NCBI RefSeq assembly: GCF_000143415.4
Contig: NW_003314317.1
Coordinates: forward strand, 124,001 to 188,000
Origin: Selaginella moellendorffii
Taxonomy: Eukaryota; Plantae; Lycopodiophyta
Direction: 5' to 3'
Length of the DNA: 64,000 nt
The translations under genes were made by a program, and so were the position numbers. A model generated the notes under the pieces. That model saw only the letters and a program-made list of their open reading frames with translations, did no database searches and had not been told where the DNA came from. Below are positions 1-12,239 of this stretch, one piece after another (position 1 is the stretch's first letter; each line of letters begins with the position of its first letter).

Positions 1-37
1 ATACGTTGTTTTGAGGCAGTGATCTAAGAAATTTTAA

Positions 38-375
38 GATTCTTGATGTAACACTCACAGATCTTTTGAGATTATGAGCTAAGAATTGAGAGAGTTGGGT
101 TATCATGACAAAGTCATGGCCAGAAAGCTTGATGTTTTTGAGGTTGTGAATTCAGAATTGTGTAAGTTGGGCTAGCATGATAAATTCATGGCTAAAAAGC
201 TTGTGGTGTGGCACTGACAAATTTTTTAAGATTGTGAGTTGAGAATTAAAAGAGTTAGGCTAACATGATAAATTCATGACTAAAGAACTTCTGATGTAAC
301 ACTCATAGATCTTTTGAGATTATGAGCTAAGGATTGAAAGAGTTGGGAGTCATGGCCAGAAAGCTTGATGTTCAT
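38..375. repeat. Degenerate direct repeats (~250 bp spacing)
   Basis: TGATGTAACACTCAYAGATCTTTTGAGATTATGAGCTAAG...GTCATGGCCAGAAAGCTTGATG occurs at ~45-134 and ~293-370, with partial copies between. Confidence 0.6.
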
Positions 376-1359
376 GGAGATTGTGAGCTTGGTAGAGAAA
401 TGGAGTGTGAAATGATTGTGATGCTGTGATGAAACATTATGCTTTAGATTTGTGGAGTACTGATGTTGAAAAGGATAACTTGTGTAGCTATTACTGAGAT
501 GAGATGGATAATTTAAATCAATATTTTGTGTGAGGTCACACAATTTTAAAGGGGGGAGTAAGTGCTACAGATGTAGCGGGTTACGGTGGCCTGTACTTGG
601 GACTTTAAACAGAATTGGGATGATGTGGCAAGGAGCTGGGTTCTTAAGGAGGAAGGTTCTTGACAAGCTCTAGGCATGATGGACAGAGAGCAGAGGTAGC
701 GATTGAGAGAGGGGCAGTGCTTTGCATGCATGGGGTGTTAACACTTGATCTGAGGCTTGAGGTTAGATTCTTAAATTGTCATCTTAGCTAGGAGTCATTT
801 TTATCCACATTCCATTCTTAATCCCTACAACATCTTTGCCATCTCTGTGAACCCTAAGCCTCACATTCATGTACCTTTTTCTAAATTATTCCAAATTATG
901 GTTTTATATTAAAGTTAATTAAACAAAAATAAAATTAATGATAGTTAAAAGACTTTTTCTTCCTCCTCATTACTCTCCTCTTCGTCATCTTCACCTAATG
1001 ATGACACATTGCTACACTTGGACTTATTAAGGGTTTCTTCCTCCAAGGCTTCTCTTGTCAATCAATCTTGTGAATCATCTTCTTATCATCAATGAACCTG
1101 TTCCCTTGCATCATCAAACAAAACCCCCACAGCAGTGAGTCAGGGCCCTCAAGCTTGGAAATGTCATGAGGCTGAATGTACCCCCTCAAACATAACTTGT
1201 GGAAACTCCTCTTCAGCATCCTTCTCCACATACCAAGCAATCTCAGACCACCACCCAAGTTCAGCTCCTTGCAAGAAAAAACCTTAGTAGCTTCCAATAA
1301 TTATATGTTGTTGAACTCATCCTTGATATTTGCAGATTATGCTGAGTATGGAAAATGCC

Positions 1360-2700
1360 AGCACTAGAATTTGTTTCTTAATAGCGGCACCATTCATCGC
1401 TTGACATTGAATTGTTTAGCTTCCAGCAAATAAGCTATAGGCAATTTTTAGTTTTACTAGTGGTGAGAAATTGAGAATGATAACTTTTGGAAAGATTTTT
1501 CTTGCTACTGTACAACATGAGATAACTAATGTTCTATTTGTCCCACTTTCTCGCCACCTTTTATCCATTTCTATGCTTGCAAAGGATGGAGTTTAAACCT
1601 TCTTTCATCAAACAGTAGAAAATGTCATTTATGAACACATAAGTATTGCTCAAGCTGTTCCAAAGAATGGATATTTCTTTTTTCCTCTAATCTCTATTAG
1701 TGTTAATACTGTCTTGGTGTCTAATAATTTATAGCTTTAGCATTGAAGACTAGCACATGCAAATTATAGATAGGTACTACTATTTTGATTTTGCATAGCA
1801 TACCATCTTTGAAAGGATCAAACAAGGGAATATATAGGATTGTCTACGAGTAAAGATGAAGAAAAAGCCACTTCCAAAAAAGGCTATGACAAGAGGTATT
1901 TCAATTTTAGATCTTATTCACATTAATATTTGGGTCTCTACTTAAATCTTTGAATGCAGCCTACTATTTTTTTACTAATAGTGGACAACTTTAGTTAGTT
2001 CACCATGGTTTCTTTCCTTTAAACAGAAATTAAATGCACTAAAAGCTTTCCATGACTGGATCCAGACAATAGAAAAAGAACGTGATTGATCAATACACGT
2101 GCTTCAAGTAGATGGTGGTCAGGAACTTCTCCTTATCTTCATGAAGAATTTCCCTCCAGATCTCAGTGCCATACAAACAGGGCCAAAATGGTTGTGGAGA
2201 GGAAAATGCTCATAATTCTTAATTCATCCCATATAATGCTCAAAGCCATGCATGTTCCTATATTTTTCTGGGCTAAAGCTATAAACACAGTTGTTTATGT
2301 CCAAAATATTCTTCCCACCAAAGTGGTTTTGAACAAGACACCAAAAGAACTCTAGACTAGTAATAAGCCTACTCTTTCATATTTACAGGTGTTTAGTTGT
2401 AAAGAATATTCATACATTTCAAAGGAGGAACATAGAACAAAGTGGGAAGATCACTTCATGAGATGTATGATGCTTAGTTACAATGAAACTACCAAAGGTG
2501 GGTTCCACATGTGGATTTTCAAGCAGAAAAAGGTTCTAGTATACATGATGATATTCTTTAAGGAAATGGTTCTAATGTATTTAATCTCCTCAACACGCAA
2601 AAACATCAACTCTAGATATATTTTACCTTCAAATCTAACCACAGAGCTTAATGGATTGCAGTGAATTTCCTGGTACAAAAACATCACTATTACCTTATAG
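1360..2700 (+). mobile_element. Decayed Ty1/Copia LTR-retrotransposon remnant (protease/integrase region)
   Basis: Broken-frame Copia motifs: H*RLAHAN (GAG-pre-integrase), DLIHINIW, IVDNFS, FWAKAINTVVYVQN, LQVFSCKEYSYI; many stops. Confidence 0.75.
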
Positions 2701-3199
2701 AGACTTCCTTTAGAACCCCCACCAGAAATCCCCCACCACCATCACCACTACCACTGGAGGATACACACTTGAACAACTCCATCACTGAAAGTAGTCAAAT
2801 TGGTTTTGATATTATGAATGAAAAAAGTGAGCCAGTATTTTAAGATACTCCTAAGTCATAGAATGAACTTGATGACTATAGCACAGCTCAAGATCCTACA
2901 GCTTGATGTTCAACATGAGCATGGAAGCCCACACAATCAATCCTGCATTATCAATAAGAGAAACAAGCATTTCAGCATGTTTCATTACTTTGGTTGTAAT
3001 CTACTTATAAAGACTATTGTTCCTATCCAACAGTTTGGGAGACTTTGATCCAAGCTAAGCATTACATCAGCCAAAGGGGAGTAAAAAGCATGTGTTCAAA
3101 CCTTCAATCAAAATCTTATCAAGGAGTGTTGGAGCAAGACTAATTTAGTGGTCATACTAAATTAGTATGAAAAATTTAGTAACCACAGTTTTTACTTTA

Positions 3200-4170
3200 A
3201 AGTGGTGTGGACTAAATTTAAAGTGGTCCATACTATTGTATTGTGGATTTAGTGTGGAAAATTAAATGATCACACTAATAACCATTTGAAGGAGTTTCAC
3301 TCACAACCTCTATAGATTTTTATTCCAATTTAAAGTGTTTGCCAAGATCCCAAAAGTGGCTTCAAAGCCACACTACCTTCATACTTGATCTAAATGCTCC
3401 ACATGTCTAAGTCCTATCTTAAACACCTAAAAGTACCTTTGATATACCAATGTCTTATGTTAAAATCATGCCCATTCTTACTATCTTATTAGTAGTCCAA
3501 AGCCATTTATGCCATGAATCCATTTTTCCAAGACTAGCATTAAGTTCTAATAACCTTTAAAACTTCCTCACTATACCTTAGGTTATTAAGCAAGAGGATC
3601 ACTCTTTGTTTTTTTCACAGTTAACGAGTTTAGGATGATAGTTTGGATCATGCTTTATCTTTTCCACAATAAAGGATTTTAGGATGATATTTTAAAACAC
3701 AAGCCTTGTGAGTACCCTCTCCACTTTTTGCCACTAGAGTGCCCTATGTAAGCTCTTGAATTTGAACTTTTTAGGAGGTTAGTCAATTTAGTATTATTCA
3801 AATCCAAGAACATTTAACCCTAAGTATTATAAAACTTTTAATCGATTGGAAAAGGAAGTGCACTTTTGTTTATAAGTCTTTTCTCTCTATATTTCCCTAT
3901 AGATCATTTCTCGAGTTGTTCTTTTTAGTTTCTTATAACCTAACCATATGGCTAAAACAAGGTTTCAATGAGCTACACAAAGTATCCAAGTAAATAATGC
4001 CACCCACTTGAATTGGGACTATATGATCTCCTAGAGGAGTTAAAGTCAGCTCTTGAATACTTCACTAAGTCACCTCACTTATCCCACTATAGTCGCCAAT
4101 GGAAACATGTCATATCCGAGACTGAGTCCAAGATAGAGTCCCAAACTAAGTTTGAGATAAAGTTAATGAT
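3200..4170 (+). repeat. Decayed copy of the repeat family at 12240-13980
   Basis: 3390-3440 (AAATGCTCCACATGTCTAAGTCC) aligns to 12390-12440 and 3940-4075 aligns to 12890-13030; degenerate GAGTCC/GAGACT units at 4115-4160. Confidence 0.6.
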
Positions 4171-4259
4171 ATTAAGGGTTTAGTCTTGAAGGAACTCTTT
4201 AGTGGTATTTTTAAATCAAGTTACCGTTAGGATTGGGGGTTAGTAGCATTGGGTGGGAG

Positions 4260-5679
4260 TGAACATGGACTTGCGGATTTTGCTTTTGGGTATTGGCAAG
4301 TGTTAATAGTTAAGGAAGATATTTTTAAGACTACTTTTTGTATATCATTTGGTTTGTACGAGTTTTTGATGATGCCATTTGGTTTAAACAATGTTTTAGC
4401 AACATTTTAGTGGATGATGGACAAGCTTTTTTGTGATATGCCAGAGGTGACTATTGACTTTATTGATGATGTCTTAATCCATTCAAAAGGGACATGGGAA
4501 GAATACGTTCATGATATTTGTAAAATGTTGAATCGGTTGTGGGAAGTTATTTTAAAGCTGAAACGAACAAAGTGCATATTTGGGTCTAAACACACTATTT
4601 ATTTTGGGTATTGTATTTTTTGTGAAGGTTTGTAAGTTGATCCTGACAAACTTATGCCCGTTCTCAAGTTCTTTACTTCAAAGTGTATGAATGATGTGCA
4701 ACACTTCTTACGTAAAGTGCATATCTTGGCCATTTCATTAATCATCTCTTTGATCGTACTGCACTCTATTACAAGTATTGTTGAAGTTGTTAACATTGTT
4801 TTTCACCTAGTCTGTAGACTATAAGTAAATGTTTACTGATTTTAAAAAGTTGTTGACTACTCCTCTAATTTTAGCATATCTTGACTACACTTTATCTTTC
4901 ATTTTATGCATGGATGTTTTTGATATTAATCTTAGAAGTGTGTTAATACAAAAGAGTTTAAGTGTGCCTGGTTAATGCCATCCTATTGCATATATCAACC
5001 ATACATTACAACTGGCAAAGGTGAACTATTCCACGACAGAAAAGGAGTGTTTAGCAATAGTTTGGGGTTTTGAGAAACTTCATGCCTATCTACATGGTTC
5101 TTAGACATTACTAAAAAGTGATTATACTACAATTACTTCATTATTGAAGCAAAAGAACTTAGTTGGCCATACTGCTCGGTGGGCTTTAAAGCTGCAAATA
5201 TATGATTTCAATATTATTCATTGCTTAGAGAGTTCTATAGCTTATGCTAACACCCTTTCTCAAGCTCCTCTTTCTTCTTTGTTATGTTCTCATATTTCTA
5301 ATGAGTATATTATTTTAACATTTGTGGATTTTTTGAATGAGGATTTCATGCTGTCATACTTGATGTTTAGTGTCCACAAGGTGTGAAGCAAAATTTACTT
5401 TTTCTTGATGAAATTCATAAAGCTCAAAAAGTTGAGCCATTAATCTGAAAGCTTTGTGATGGGTTTGAGAATCTTGCATCACTTGCTGATAATTTGCTAT
5501 TTCGGCATTTACATTCTCAATATTATATTGAGGACAACCTTCTTTATTTTGTGGGGACATTCATAATGATCATTTATGGTTAATGATGCCTTCAATCTTT
5601 ATTCCACATTTTCTCCATGTTTACCATGATTCTCTTATTCTATGTGGGCATATGGGACATTGTCATGTAACCGAAAAGC
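4260..5679 (+). mobile_element. Old decayed Ty3/Gypsy pol remnant, left part (RT, RNase H, start of integrase Zn domain)
   Basis: KTTF..FGLYEFLMMPFGLNN, FIDDVLIHS, KECLAIVWGF, ARWALKLQIYDF, HDS...GHMG; many stops. Confidence 0.8.
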
Positions 5680-6014
5680 TGTCAAGAATCCCCCAATTCT
5701 TGCCACATTCCTAACTCTCGCCGGATTCTTGACCTGCAGACCACATTCCTGACTCTCGAGACACTTCCCGATTCCTGAGTCTCGAGCCATATTCCTGATG
5801 ATGATGTGGCGCCTCCTCGACCTCAGCTATATTTAGGCCGTCCTCGATCCAAGAGTGGTGGAGCTTCATCAACCTATAGTATATATAGGTTAGCCTTGTT
5901 CCATTTCTCTACAATCTGAATCAACGCCAATCTAATGCCTCTTCTTTGTTTCCACTAGCTTTTCTCTTTGTTTTTTTGCATTTTCCAGTCTTGATCTTGT
6001 TAGGGGTCTTGACA
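5680..6014 (+). repeat. 5' LTR (335 bp)
   Basis: TGTCAAGA...TCTTGACA inverted termini; TATA-like run at 5880-5887; ~10 substitutions versus the 3' LTR. Confidence 0.95.
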
Positions 6015-6016
6015 GT

Positions 6017-6030
6017 TTGATTCAGATTGT
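6017..6030 (+). promoter_or_regulatory. Self-priming primer-binding site
   Basis: TTGATTCAGATTGT is the exact reverse complement of ACAATCTGAATCAA at 5911-5924, ~25-30 nt downstream of the LTR TATA; no TGG tRNA-type PBS. Confidence 0.8.
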
Positions 6031-6110
6031 GCTTTTTCGTTTTTTGATTTTCGTTTTGATTGTTTGATTACCTTTGCCTTTTTTTCCCCCTTTTTTCTTT
6101 CTTCTTGCCA

Positions 6111-7082
6111 ATGGAGTCTCTAAGCCATCCAGATTTCTTTGCTGAAGTCCTTGCAAAAATCCAGTCTGAGAATACCGAGCTGAAGGTGACCCTTCTTCGC
6201 ATGCAGCAGGAGCTTGCTTCACTTTCGGCTCAAGGATCCAGCAAAGTTCCTGAACCGAAGGTGAGCTTCCCGGCGAAATTTTCAGGCAAGCGTTCGGAGC
6301 TTCGCGGATTCCTGAACCAGATGGAGTTGATCTTCGCACTTCAACATCGACGGTACCCTACTCCCGAGTCTCAAATCGGTGCGATTGGGACGTTGCTCGA
6401 AGGTGCAGCTTTGTCATGGTTTTCTCCTCTTCTGGAGAAGAGCATGAAAGGGGTCATGGTTCCAGAGCTGATGGATCTTCAATTGTTCAAAGAGAAGCTT
6501 GAAGCATGTTTTGGCGAGATGGATCGGGTTCGGGCTGCTACCACAAAGATGAGACGTCTCTCTCAGGGGTCTCGTCCTGCCTTGATCTATGCTGCAGAGT
6601 TCCAACTCCTTGCTTTGGACACTCAGTGGGATGAGCGGGCCTTGATTGACCAATTTCGTTTCGGCCTCAACAACGGTGTCAAGGATTTGTTGCTCACCAT
6701 GGAGGATCCCAAGGACCTATCAGATGCCATCAACAAAGCTGTTCGATGTGACAATCGTCTCTTTGAACGTCGTCAGGAAAGTCGTCGTGCCGCTGTTTTT
6801 CCGTCCCAGACTCAGGAATCCCAGCTTGAGTCTTCGGGGCATACTCCTGAACCTACTGCTCCGGTTCCGATGGATATTTCTGGTACTCCCCGACTCATTA
6901 GAGGGAAGTTGAGTCCTGCTGAGAAGCAACGTCGGATATCTCATAATCTTTGCCTCTATTGTGCTGATCCTAATCACAAAGCAGCTGTATGTCCCAAGAA
7001 GCTTCCTCGACTGCTCGAGTTCACTCTGCCTCAAAATTCACCTCTATTGCAGTCGGGAAACGACCCTATCCAAACAGAGTAG
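6111..7082 (+). CDS. gag: Retrotransposon Gag (Tf1/PEG10-like capsid plus Zn knuckle)
   Basis: EPKVSFPAKFSG, LLEGAALSWF, LSQG...YAAEF, PVPMDI, CLYCADPNHKAAVC. Confidence 0.92.
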   Translation: MESLSHPDFFAEVLAKIQSENTELKVTLLRMQQELASLSAQGSSKVPEPKVSFPAKFSGKRSELRGFLNQMELIFALQHRRYPTPESQIGAIGTLLEGAALSWFSPLLEKSMKGVMVPELMDLQLFKEKLEACFGEMDRVRAATTKMRRLSQGSRPALIYAAEFQLLALDTQWDERALIDQFRFGLNNGVKDLLLTMEDPKDLSDAINKAVRCDNRLFERRQESRRAAVFPSQTQESQLESSGHTPEPTAPVPMDISGTPRLIRGKLSPAEKQRRISHNLCLYCADPNHKAAVCPKKLPRLLEFTLPQNSPLLQSGNDPIQTE

Positions 7083-7101
7083 GAGCTGTCTATTTGGACT
7101 C
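7055..7101 (+). promoter_or_regulatory. -1 ribosomal frameshift signal (G GGA AAC plus putative pseudoknot)
   Basis: Slippery heptamer at 7055-7061 in the gag/pol overlap; downstream CCTA/TAGG and TCCAAACAGA/TCTATTTGGA pairings. Confidence 0.7.
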
Positions 7102-8373
7102 CCCGAATAAAAATCACTTTTCTTCTTTATCAAGCTCCTCACCACCTTTCATCAAAGCCACCACCAATTCCCACAACTTCCGCGTCCCATGTCTCCTTTC
7201 TTTCACCGGACAATCAGGACTCAAGGCTCTGGCGTTACTGGACTCGGGTGCAACTTCCTGCTTCATGGACACGGACTTTGCTGCCCGACATCACGTTCCT
7301 CTTTCTCCTACCATACGGGATTTGAGGGTTGAAGGCATCGGTGGGCATTTTGTGTCTCCATCTTCTGGACTTAGGGAAATGTTGCCCGTTCGAGTACACA
7401 TCGGGTCCACCGTCACCGATATCGCCTTCAACATCATCAACAACAAGTCCTCCTCTGTGGTGCTCGGTCTTCCTTGGTTCCAACTACATCAGCCTCAGAT
7501 TTGTTGGAAGGAATTACAGCTCATCTCTCCCACGGCTTCCCCTACTGTTCATCGAGTCCGAATCAGGAAAAGTTCCCTAAACTCAAATCGGGGTTCTATT
7601 CCTGACTCTATAAAGTTTTCACCCTCTTCTTTTTCCTCTCTTCCATCTTACACTGGACCGTATCCTCGTCTCATCATTCCATTTAGTCGTACGCCTCCTC
7701 CTATCTCCACAATCACTATGAAAGAATTCCTTCATGAAGAACCTCTTTTTCTTTTTGCTTTGCATGTTTCTCCTGTCAGTCTTCCTGAGAAGTATCATGA
7801 TTTTGGGGATGTGTTTGACAAGAAAAAAGCTAGTGTACTGCCTATGATTGTCCCATTGATTTACAGGAAGGAGCGTCACCTCCATGGGGGCCTATCTACG
7901 GGTTATCCCCGTCCGAGCTTAAGGCTCTCAAAGAGTACGTGGATGAGAACCTTGCCTCGGGCTACATTCAGCATTCGCAGTCCCCGGCTGGAGCACCTGT
8001 CTTCTTTGTCAAGAAGAAGGATGGGAGCTTGCGGCTAGTCATTGACTACCGAGGTTTGAATAAGGTGACTGTTCGGAACTGTTATCCGCTGCCCCTGATC
8101 TCGGACCTGTTGGAACGCCTCGGCGGTGCCCGCTTCTTCACCAAGATTGACCTCCGTGGAGCATACAACCTGATCCGGATCCGGCTTGGTGATGAATGGA
8201 AGACTGCGTTCCGAACCCGCTATGGCCACTTCGAGTACACTGTCATGCCATTTGGCTTGACAAATGCTCTAGCAGTTTTCCAACACATGGCGAACGACGT
8301 CTTTCTGGAGTTTCTTGATCAGATGGTGATCGTCTACCTCGATGACATCCTCATCTACTCAAAAACTCAGGAG
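7055..8373 (+). pseudogene. pol: pol 5' part: aspartic protease and N-terminal RT (frameshift ~7840; cut by insertion)
   Basis: ALLDSGAT; [37 protein letters not shown]. Confidence 0.92.
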
Positions 8374-8397
8374 AAGCTCTATTTCGTTAAAGTGGGA
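8374..8397 (+). repeat. Left TIR
   Basis: Reverse complement of 18448-18471. Confidence 0.95.
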
Positions 8398-8815
8398 ATT
8401 GTCATTATCCCACTTGTAAAATAAGGTTTCCAAACCTTTATATAGTATATAAATATAACAAAATTCAACTGCATTGAGGCACATGCCATTTTATTTTAAA
8501 CAAGGAAATGTCTACTCAATCACTTCTCCTCCCCCTGCCACTGCTTCACCTCTCTCTTCTCCTTGTCATCGTCGTCCAATTTCTTTCCATCCTTTTAATA
8601 TTGGCTCCGTTGCTCCGAGTTTAGGTGGAGCCTAAGTCCCCATTCAATATTTACTTTCCCCTTATTAATAAAACAACTTCATAGACTTCCAATAACATGC
8701 TGTAACACTTCTAGTATAATGCAAATCCTCTCAAAGAATTGTCTTTTAATATTAATACAATGGCATGGAACCCCATGCCATAATAAGTTACATTTTAAAA
8801 TAAATACATGCCATC

Positions 8816-11656
8816 TCAGACTGTTATTTTTTGCCTCCAACGCCTATACAATAATCTTGGAATTTCATCACTCTCCACACTATCAGGATTTAAACCCAAT
8901 AGTAATGCCATCTCTTCTCTAATACGTCCACGCTCATGTTCAGTGGTCGAAGAACCCATCCGGTTGAGCAGATTATGGAGATGCGGATAGTGCTTGGCTA
9001 GACAATATACATGCCATAAATGATGACTGGTGTCTGTCCGATCAAATGGCTTCTGATATACCGTTCCATCTGCCATTTGGTTGATTTCTGCAGCCACCTC
9101 CTGGACTGGCCGGTTCTCTATCACCATCGCTCCAAGCCGTTTTGCAAGGTCCCCCAGAACATACGGTCCTTCTTCGACGCGCCACCAGTGCGCTTTTCAA
9201 TCCTTGTGTCTGAATATTCACAATGATCTATAATCAAAATGGCGTGAGGCCTCACGTGACCTTACCTTGTGCAGGTTGTGAGCTTGGCCCAACATGGGTA
9301 TCTTCAACAGTAGCTGTTAACGCCGTTTCAGCATTTGGGGGTGGCCACGCTCCTGCATATAGAGCTTGTGAGATAACATTTAAACTTAAAGTGCGTACTC
9401 ACCAGGTTCGCAGAGAAGATACTGTTTTTCTTTGGCAACTGTAATTATATGCTCCATTGAAGTCACCTCTTCAATAGAGTTTGTCACCGCAACACACGGG
9501 ACACCCTTGAGTAGTGCGGCTCGAAAGAATAGTCCACCGCAGTTGTACTCGACAACGCATTTGCCCTTGAAGTCGGAAGCAGGTGACCCACCCGCTATTG
9601 CGTTGAAGACCCAACTGAGCATTTCCCATGCTGCACCTGGAGCTTTCTCTGGATTCGAAAGCTCCATAGCCGTCTTCAGTTCCTCAGGCACGGGTAAATT
9701 GACCTCCCTCAGATCAATTCGATCGGCCTTGTCGAACGAAGCTGGGAAGTCACTCCAGTCCCACTCTACTGCAGGACCAATAACAAGGGCAAGTGTGAAG
9801 ATGCGGACATTCATCAGTATCTTCTTCTTAGCCATTATCCCATGGATCTCCCGCATCTCCTTGCCTTTCAACCAAGCCTTCACCTCGTTCAAGGCCTTCC
9901 AGAACTTGTGATAGGATTCGGAGTCGTAGATCATATAGTGGATTGAAGATTCCACCTTCGCAAGTCCCACCATTAAGTCAATGATGGAGCTGACTTCGTC
10001 TGCATGAGTGATCTCCTCGTTTGTGAAGTCCATCACACAAAAGATGTTCTTGACCTGCTCATCTCCGCGGGAAATGATGCTCCTCCACCTTTGATCCTCA
10101 TCCGAATTCACGTATACCCGGTAAGGTTCTCGATAGGCCTCTGCTGCGGGGTCAAGTTGTTTCTGAAGCTGGCGGTCGACATCCCTCTTAATGAAATTTG
10201 GATACTGATCCAACTTCTCAGCTTTACTTTTCGTGGCATCCCGCAGCAGATCGATGAACTTGGGGGCCCCCTTCACGTACTCGTCGATGTCTTCATTTGA
10301 CAACTCCAGCTCTTCCATCATCTCTTGCGTGGTGTCGATGCTCACCCTCTCCACGGCCACTTGCTCGAAGATCCAATCCTTCAATAGCGCACGAGCTCTC
10401 AGAGTCGTGCACAAGTCCTCGTATGTCACAATATGGCCGGGAGTCATTTTGGTCTTGTTGAAGACTACCTCACCACGTAGAAGAGCATTAGCCACTGTCA
10501 GAAGGTCGTCGTCGTCTAGAGACCGCGAGAAACGCAAGGCGTTGAGCTTCAAATCATTGGGCTTCCGGCCGTCCTCCACACCCATTGAGTTTAGCAACTC
10601 CCCGTCATGGTACCTCCTCAGCACATCTACCCATTTGTCAAAAGCAACTTTTGTCGCGAGTAGAATGTTATGGATGCTGAGTGTGTCATTGACCCCCAGT
10701 GTTTTTGAGAGAAGACTCGAGAATTCCTGCAATGGAAATGGCGTGAGGCCATATGCTATGCCACATGCAACGAGGCTTACCTGCCACGCGCTAGTTGCTA
10801 GTGCACGTCCTTGTCCTGGTTTTTGTGGCTTTGGTGGGTGTAGTGTTCGAACCCGAGGCAATGGCATCACCGAGTAGCTTCTTTTTTGGAGCAGGAGAGT
10901 CGGACGTCGGCTTGAGCTTGACCACCCTTTTCTGCTTTGGGGTAATTTCCAGATCGACCCCCTTCCCTATCGCTTCACGAACTGGAGTCACTCTCAACGG
11001 CTCAATGTTGGAATATAATTTTTGAACATCGCCGTAGGTGAGGTCCGTGGATTCCATGTGATCTTCATAGACCCGCAGCGTCTTTGAAATTGTGGGCCTC
11101 CTGGACAACTTCTCCCTAGCTCCCTCTAGGAATTCCTCATAGCCACTGCCCCCCTCCGGGAAGCCGCTAGGATGTGCAAGGTGGATCTTGAAGGCGGACG
11201 CTGTCTCTACCACAAGTGCCAGTCCATATTCTTGCATGGAACTACATGGAGTGTCTGTCACTTGGATGAGGATCCCCATGCATTCTTTTCTCCCACCATC
11301 TGTGTTGTACAGCCTCAGATCCTCGCCTTCCATCCCGAAAGTCCAACTGGTGAGCTCCTCCCCCTTCTCTGCATCCACATTGATAGTGGCTGGAAGAAGA
11401 ACGCAATTCTTTGCCTGTTCAGAAATGCACAACAATTAGAGCTGACAGATGAAAAGCTAGCAGCTGGAAATAACGTGAAGCCACATGCCATTCACCACTG
11501 CATCAGATGTCTTGAGGCTGCATCCTAAGATGGCGTGAGGCTACACGCCATCTGTAACCGGACTACACTCGAGAGCCCAATCAGTGCATGCCAATGTTGC
11601 TACTGAATGGCATGTGGCCTCATGCCATTTTCTACTTGGCCTAAAAGACTTACCAT
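8816..11656 (-). pseudogene. Transposon cargo gene, multi-exon; C-terminal part resembles a degenerate beta-class N4/N6 DNA methyltransferase fold
   Basis: ATG|GTAAGT at 11656; GT-AG introns 11415-11653, 10727-10780, 9353-9402 and ~9210-9265; frameshift ~10875 and disruption near 9200; GKCVVEYNCGGLFFRAALLKGVPCVAV resembles MTase motifs I-II. Confidence 0.6.
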
Positions 11657-12239
11657 TTGAAGTCGAATGGAGGTGTGACAATCGAAGCCGGACTCGCTGG
11701 CGAATGTGCACTGTGTGTGCAGCGGATCGTAGCAGCAAGGCTACTCTGCCACTTACAGTTGGAGAGTGGCACTGAAATCTCCCGGGATGCCAAGTGGGCT
11801 GTGTGTGGGTGGCGGAGTTGGCAGCGAAGTTACAAACTGGGTGTGTCTTGAAGTGGACACCGATGCACACAAGCACGATGCGAGCGCGAGTGTGATGCAA
11901 GCGCGAGTGGACGCCGATGCACACGAGAAACCTGTAAAGAAGGTAGATGAGCGCGAATGTGAGCGTGATCGCGAGTGGGAGCGCGATGCGAGCGCGAGTG
12001 TGCGAGTGCGAGTACGAAGCAAAATGCAAAACCTAACCTCACACGCGCGAAATGTCACTAATCCTGCAACATCATCATTTCTCGGACTTGGGCGCCACCA
12101 TTAATTTCTGGATCGCCGCGCGCATGCATGCACATGAAATCCAAAAGAAATCCGCAACGTCATCATTCCTCGGACTGCATGCACGCGAAATCCAAAAGAA
12201 AGATCATGATTGGGATATCATTTAATACCCTCGTGTAAG

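Noticed and set aside
11541-12104. Overlapping ORFs upstream of the cargo gene
   Set aside because: Low-complexity GCGAGT-type repeats in a probable 5' UTR or promoter
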